Assembly: GCA_043734325.1 (NCBI GenBank)
Contig: JAYTFN010000017.1
Location: 1 to 36,750, forward strand
Source of the DNA: Candidatus Adlerbacteria bacterium
Lineage (GTDB): Bacteria > Patescibacteriota > Minisyncoccia > Phycocordibacterales > SBAW01
DNA: 36,750 nucleotides
Reading direction: 5' to 3'
The first letter of the stretch is position 1. Each line of letters begins with the position of its first letter. The notes below the pieces were generated by a model. That model was not told the origin of the DNA, ran no database searches, and saw only the letters and a list, made by a program, of their open reading frames with translations. Both the position numbers and the translations under genes were made by a program. This document shows, piece after piece, positions 34,559-36,750 of the stretch.

Positions 34559-34568
34559 TTTGAAAAGA

Positions 34569-35816
34569 TCAGGAGATGGTAATACATATCCCTTGCTCTA
34601 TCTTTTTAGACAGTACGTCCAACGCTTCTTTTGAATCGGCTTCTGCAGCGTAGTAATAAAAAGGCTTCGGTGTGTCTGGGTATGTGACAACCTCTTCGCC
34701 GACCGCGCACAAGGGTACAAAGTCCCATACACCTTCAACACTTTGTGCTTCCTTCATACCTTGAATCTCGGATATCATTCCCTTTTCGCGAGGGAAGACC
34801 GCTTTTTGTAGAACGTGCCGGTCATGAAGCTTTGTAAGTTTCGCGGGTATACCAAGCCAGACATCCACCAAACTGGACGCCGGTTCGAACCCATACGCGC
34901 GCTTATAGCCAAGCTGTAGCGGTCCTCCCGGCAAACGACATGCTATCTCGATAAGCCTAGGGCCCTGCGGCGTTATTCGCATCTCGCAGTGGAAGCCGCA
35001 GTTATCGAACTCCAAAGCTTTTAAAATATTTTTAGTAAAAGCAAAGCAGGCTTCCTTCACTTCCAGTTCGACGCTGGAGGATATGGTATTTGCTTCTTGC
35101 GTGAAGTTTGGCTCCGGACCCATATGAAACTCAATCATACCCGCGATATGCACCACTCCATCCTGGATAAAACCATCAACGCTCACAACCGGCCCCGACA
35201 TATATTCTTCAATAAGGAAATTATTCGTAAAGTTTTTAAATACCTCTTTTTTAGATGGGTCCGTCGCATGGAAGACTTCGCCGAGGTCTTCGAGCACAAA
35301 GTCGTCGGACTCAATCTTTTTTACTCCATAACTTTGTGATCCAAACACCGGCTTGATAACGCACGGTGTGCCAAATTCCAGTATCGCTTTTTGTAAAGAT
35401 TCCTTCGTAGGTGTTTCAACGAGTGTAAAGCGCGGTGTCGAGATATCGCTCGCAACGCACGCTTGCCGCATAGCGAGTTTATTAGCGGAGCTTTGCCGTG
35501 CGGCGTGAGGTTTAATGTTTATACACCCAAGAACTTCGGCAAGTTCGGCGGTTTGCACCACCACATGCTCGTAAAAAGTTCCGACTCCGTCGAGCTTCAC
35601 CTGTGCACTATCGGCGAACATCTGCACCGTCTCTATGAGCGCCTTCACGTCGTACGTGTCCACGATAATAATTTTCTCCGGTGCTACATAAGCACGCACC
35701 CAGTCTGGCACTTTGGTCGTCGCGAGGAATAGGTTTACCTCCTTTCGAGCCAAGACATCAAAAATAAAATTCTTTGAGTCGCCCCCATGTTCGATCAACA
35801 ATAGATTTTTTTGCAT
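34569..35816 (-). CDS. ATP-grasp enzyme (L-amino-acid-ligase-like)
   Basis: PCVIKPVFGSQSYGVKKI, FLIEEYMSG and HCEMRITPQGPRLIEIACRLPGG are ATP-grasp signatures. I recognise no partner genes nearby. Confidence 0.8.
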   Translation of the reverse strand: MQKNLLLIEHGGDSKNFIFDVLARKEVNLFLATTKVPDWVRAYVAPEKIIIVDTYDVKALIETVQMFADSAQVKLDGVGTFYEHVVVQTAELAEVLGCINIKPHAARQSSANKLAMRQACVASDISTPRFTLVETPTKESLQKAILEFGTPCVIKPVFGSQSYGVKKIESDDFVLEDLGEVFHATDPSKKEVFKNFTNNFLIEEYMSGPVVSVDGFIQDGVVHIAGMIEFHMGPEPNFTQEANTISSSVELEVKEACFAFTKNILKALEFDNCGFHCEMRITPQGPRLIEIACRLPGGPLQLGYKRAYGFEPASSLVDVWLGIPAKLTKLHDRHVLQKAVFPREKGMISEIQGMKEAQSVEGVWDFVPLCAVGEEVVTYPDTPKPFYYYAAEADSKEALDVLSKKIEQGICITIS

Positions 35817-36005
35817 GCCCCTAGTGTTACAGAAGTGGTGGCAAGTTACAACTATTATCCCAAATTAACTTGGGATTAAATTTAGACTAACTATGATCTT
35901 TTCCTTCATACCTTTTTAATAAAAGTTATTCTATTAGAAGTGAAGTTGGGGGTCATTGATCAAAATTACAAAATTCATCGATTCAAGTGAATATTCATTA
36001 CTAAT

Positions 36006-36623
36006 TTAACTTAAATATGACGCTACCTTAATAAATAACCCTATAATTGAGGCAACGTAACCGGCCGCTACTAAGTAGACGATTATAGAATGTTCAAATC
36101 CAAAAAATAAAAAATAATAAAGGGCAACGGGAATGCTCAGCATTGCCAATAGACTAAACAAAAATAATATTGTTATAAATTTTTTACCATTAAACAGGTT
36201 ATCAATTTCTAGTCTGGAAAGTAGATTCATAAAAAGATACCACAATACTAATAGCATTAGGTACAGAGAGTCTCTAGGAAAAGAGAAAATTATATATATT
36301 AATAGGTTAAATAGAAAAAAACAAAGTGCTGTAACTACTAAAAAGAGAGAGGAAATCAACTCTATTGAATTTTTATAAGTATCTTTTTTAACGACACCTA
36401 GAAGACTAGGGAAAACTACTTCCCTAACAAATTGCAACAGTATGTATATGAGCATCAGGCTAGAAAATGAAAGGAGTAGAAACTTTAGGTGTTCTATACT
36501 CTTTCCAACTATGTCATATGAAATTTGCTTATTTATAATAAGCCCACTTACAACAAGGAGTACAGCTAATATTTCAAAGTACGGATGGTATTTGGTATAA
36601 AAAATATCAATACGGCTTTTCAT
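36006..36623 (-). CDS. Polytopic membrane protein encoded in a very AT-rich segment
   Basis: About 6 predicted TM helices. I trimmed the start to the ATG at 36623 (MKSRIDIFY), because the ORF-track extension runs through a terminator hairpin. Confidence 0.6.
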   Translation of the reverse strand: MKSRIDIFYTKYHPYFEILAVLLVVSGLIINKQISYDIVGKSIEHLKFLLLSFSSLMLIYILLQFVREVVFPSLLGVVKKDTYKNSIELISSLFLVVTALCFFLFNLLIYIIFSFPRDSLYLMLLVLWYLFMNLLSRLEIDNLFNGKKFITILFLFSLLAMLSIPVALYYFLFFGFEHSIIVYLVAAGYVASIIGLFIKVASYLS

Positions 36624-36643
36624 AATTATGGGGTTACATATAC

Positions 36644-36682
36644 AAAAACCACAATGAACAACCCCGGGGCAGAGCCCCGAGG
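36644..36682 (-). terminator. Rho-independent terminator of a minus-strand gene that ends at or beyond the window edge
   Basis: On the minus strand: CCTCGGGGC-TCT-GCCCCGGGG followed by TTGTTCATTGTGGTTTTT. An in-frame TAA at 36715-36717 may end that upstream gene. Confidence 0.5.
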
Positions 36683-36750
36683 TATCTCTGAGCGTTTGCG
36701 TATGTGGTCGGCCATTACCCATTCAACCTAGCACACTGGAGGACCGACGC

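Noticed and set aside
36683-36750. A possible structured RNA (5S-like or other) at the window end
   Set aside because: The resemblance to 5S motifs is weak. The segment is better explained as the last ~12 codons of a minus-strand gene (TAA at 36715-36717) plus its terminator, and there is too little sequence to call.
1-36750. Alternative genetic code (UGA recoding, as in some candidate phyla) and CRISPR arrays
   Set aside because: Long, motif-rich ORFs are intact under the standard code. TGA is used as a genuine stop at translationally coupled junctions (11307-11309, 22241-22243). I saw no array of regularly spaced direct repeats anywhere in the window.

Overview
The window is gene-dense and mostly about 45-55% GC by eye. 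Its gene content (type IV pilus genes, few biosynthetic genes, many small membrane proteins) fits a small-genome bacterium, possibly of the Patescibacteria/CPR type; that placement is inference only. In order, it contains: (1) a 5-prime-complete, window-truncated minus-strand gene for a secreted peptidoglycan-binding protein, which is missing from the ORF track; (2) a Pif1/RecD-like helicase; (3) a type IV pilus block with a receiver-only regulator, pilB, pilC and five prepilin-type genes; (4) a tightly packed six-gene minus-strand operon, in which a receiver-only regulator and a polytopic histidine kinase bracket a Leu/Phe-type amino-acid dehydrogenase, a PaaK/F390-synthetase-like adenylating enzyme, a ThiF/E1-like protein and a tandem Acg-type nitroreductase; (5) tRNA-Arg(UCU), housekeeping genes (ruvX, a tRNA-binding protein) and a GcrA-like regulator; (6) tRNA-Ser(UGA), followed by a visibly AT-richer ~8.5 kb type I R-M island. 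In that island hsdM (with a fused N-terminal HTH), an uncharacterised HEPN-like gene, hsdS and a DUF3800-like gene are translationally coupled, and hsdR and a DUF45/M48 metallopeptidase follow; (7) an ACT-less prephenate dehydratase, MarR and a SWIB-domain protein; (8) a lexA-umuC-type cassette with a perfect TCGAAC-N4-GTTCGA box; (9) tRNA-Arg(GCG), rpsT, ruvA, a MurE-like ligase, a SpoU methyltransferase, an ATP-grasp ligase and a very AT-rich membrane-protein gene. I rank two candidates highest for a novel system: the accessory genes embedded in the R-M operon (HEPN-like and DUF3800-like), and the two-component-bracketed E1-like/nitroreductase/adenylase/dehydrogenase operon. All calls come from reading the translations and motifs; no database search was possible.
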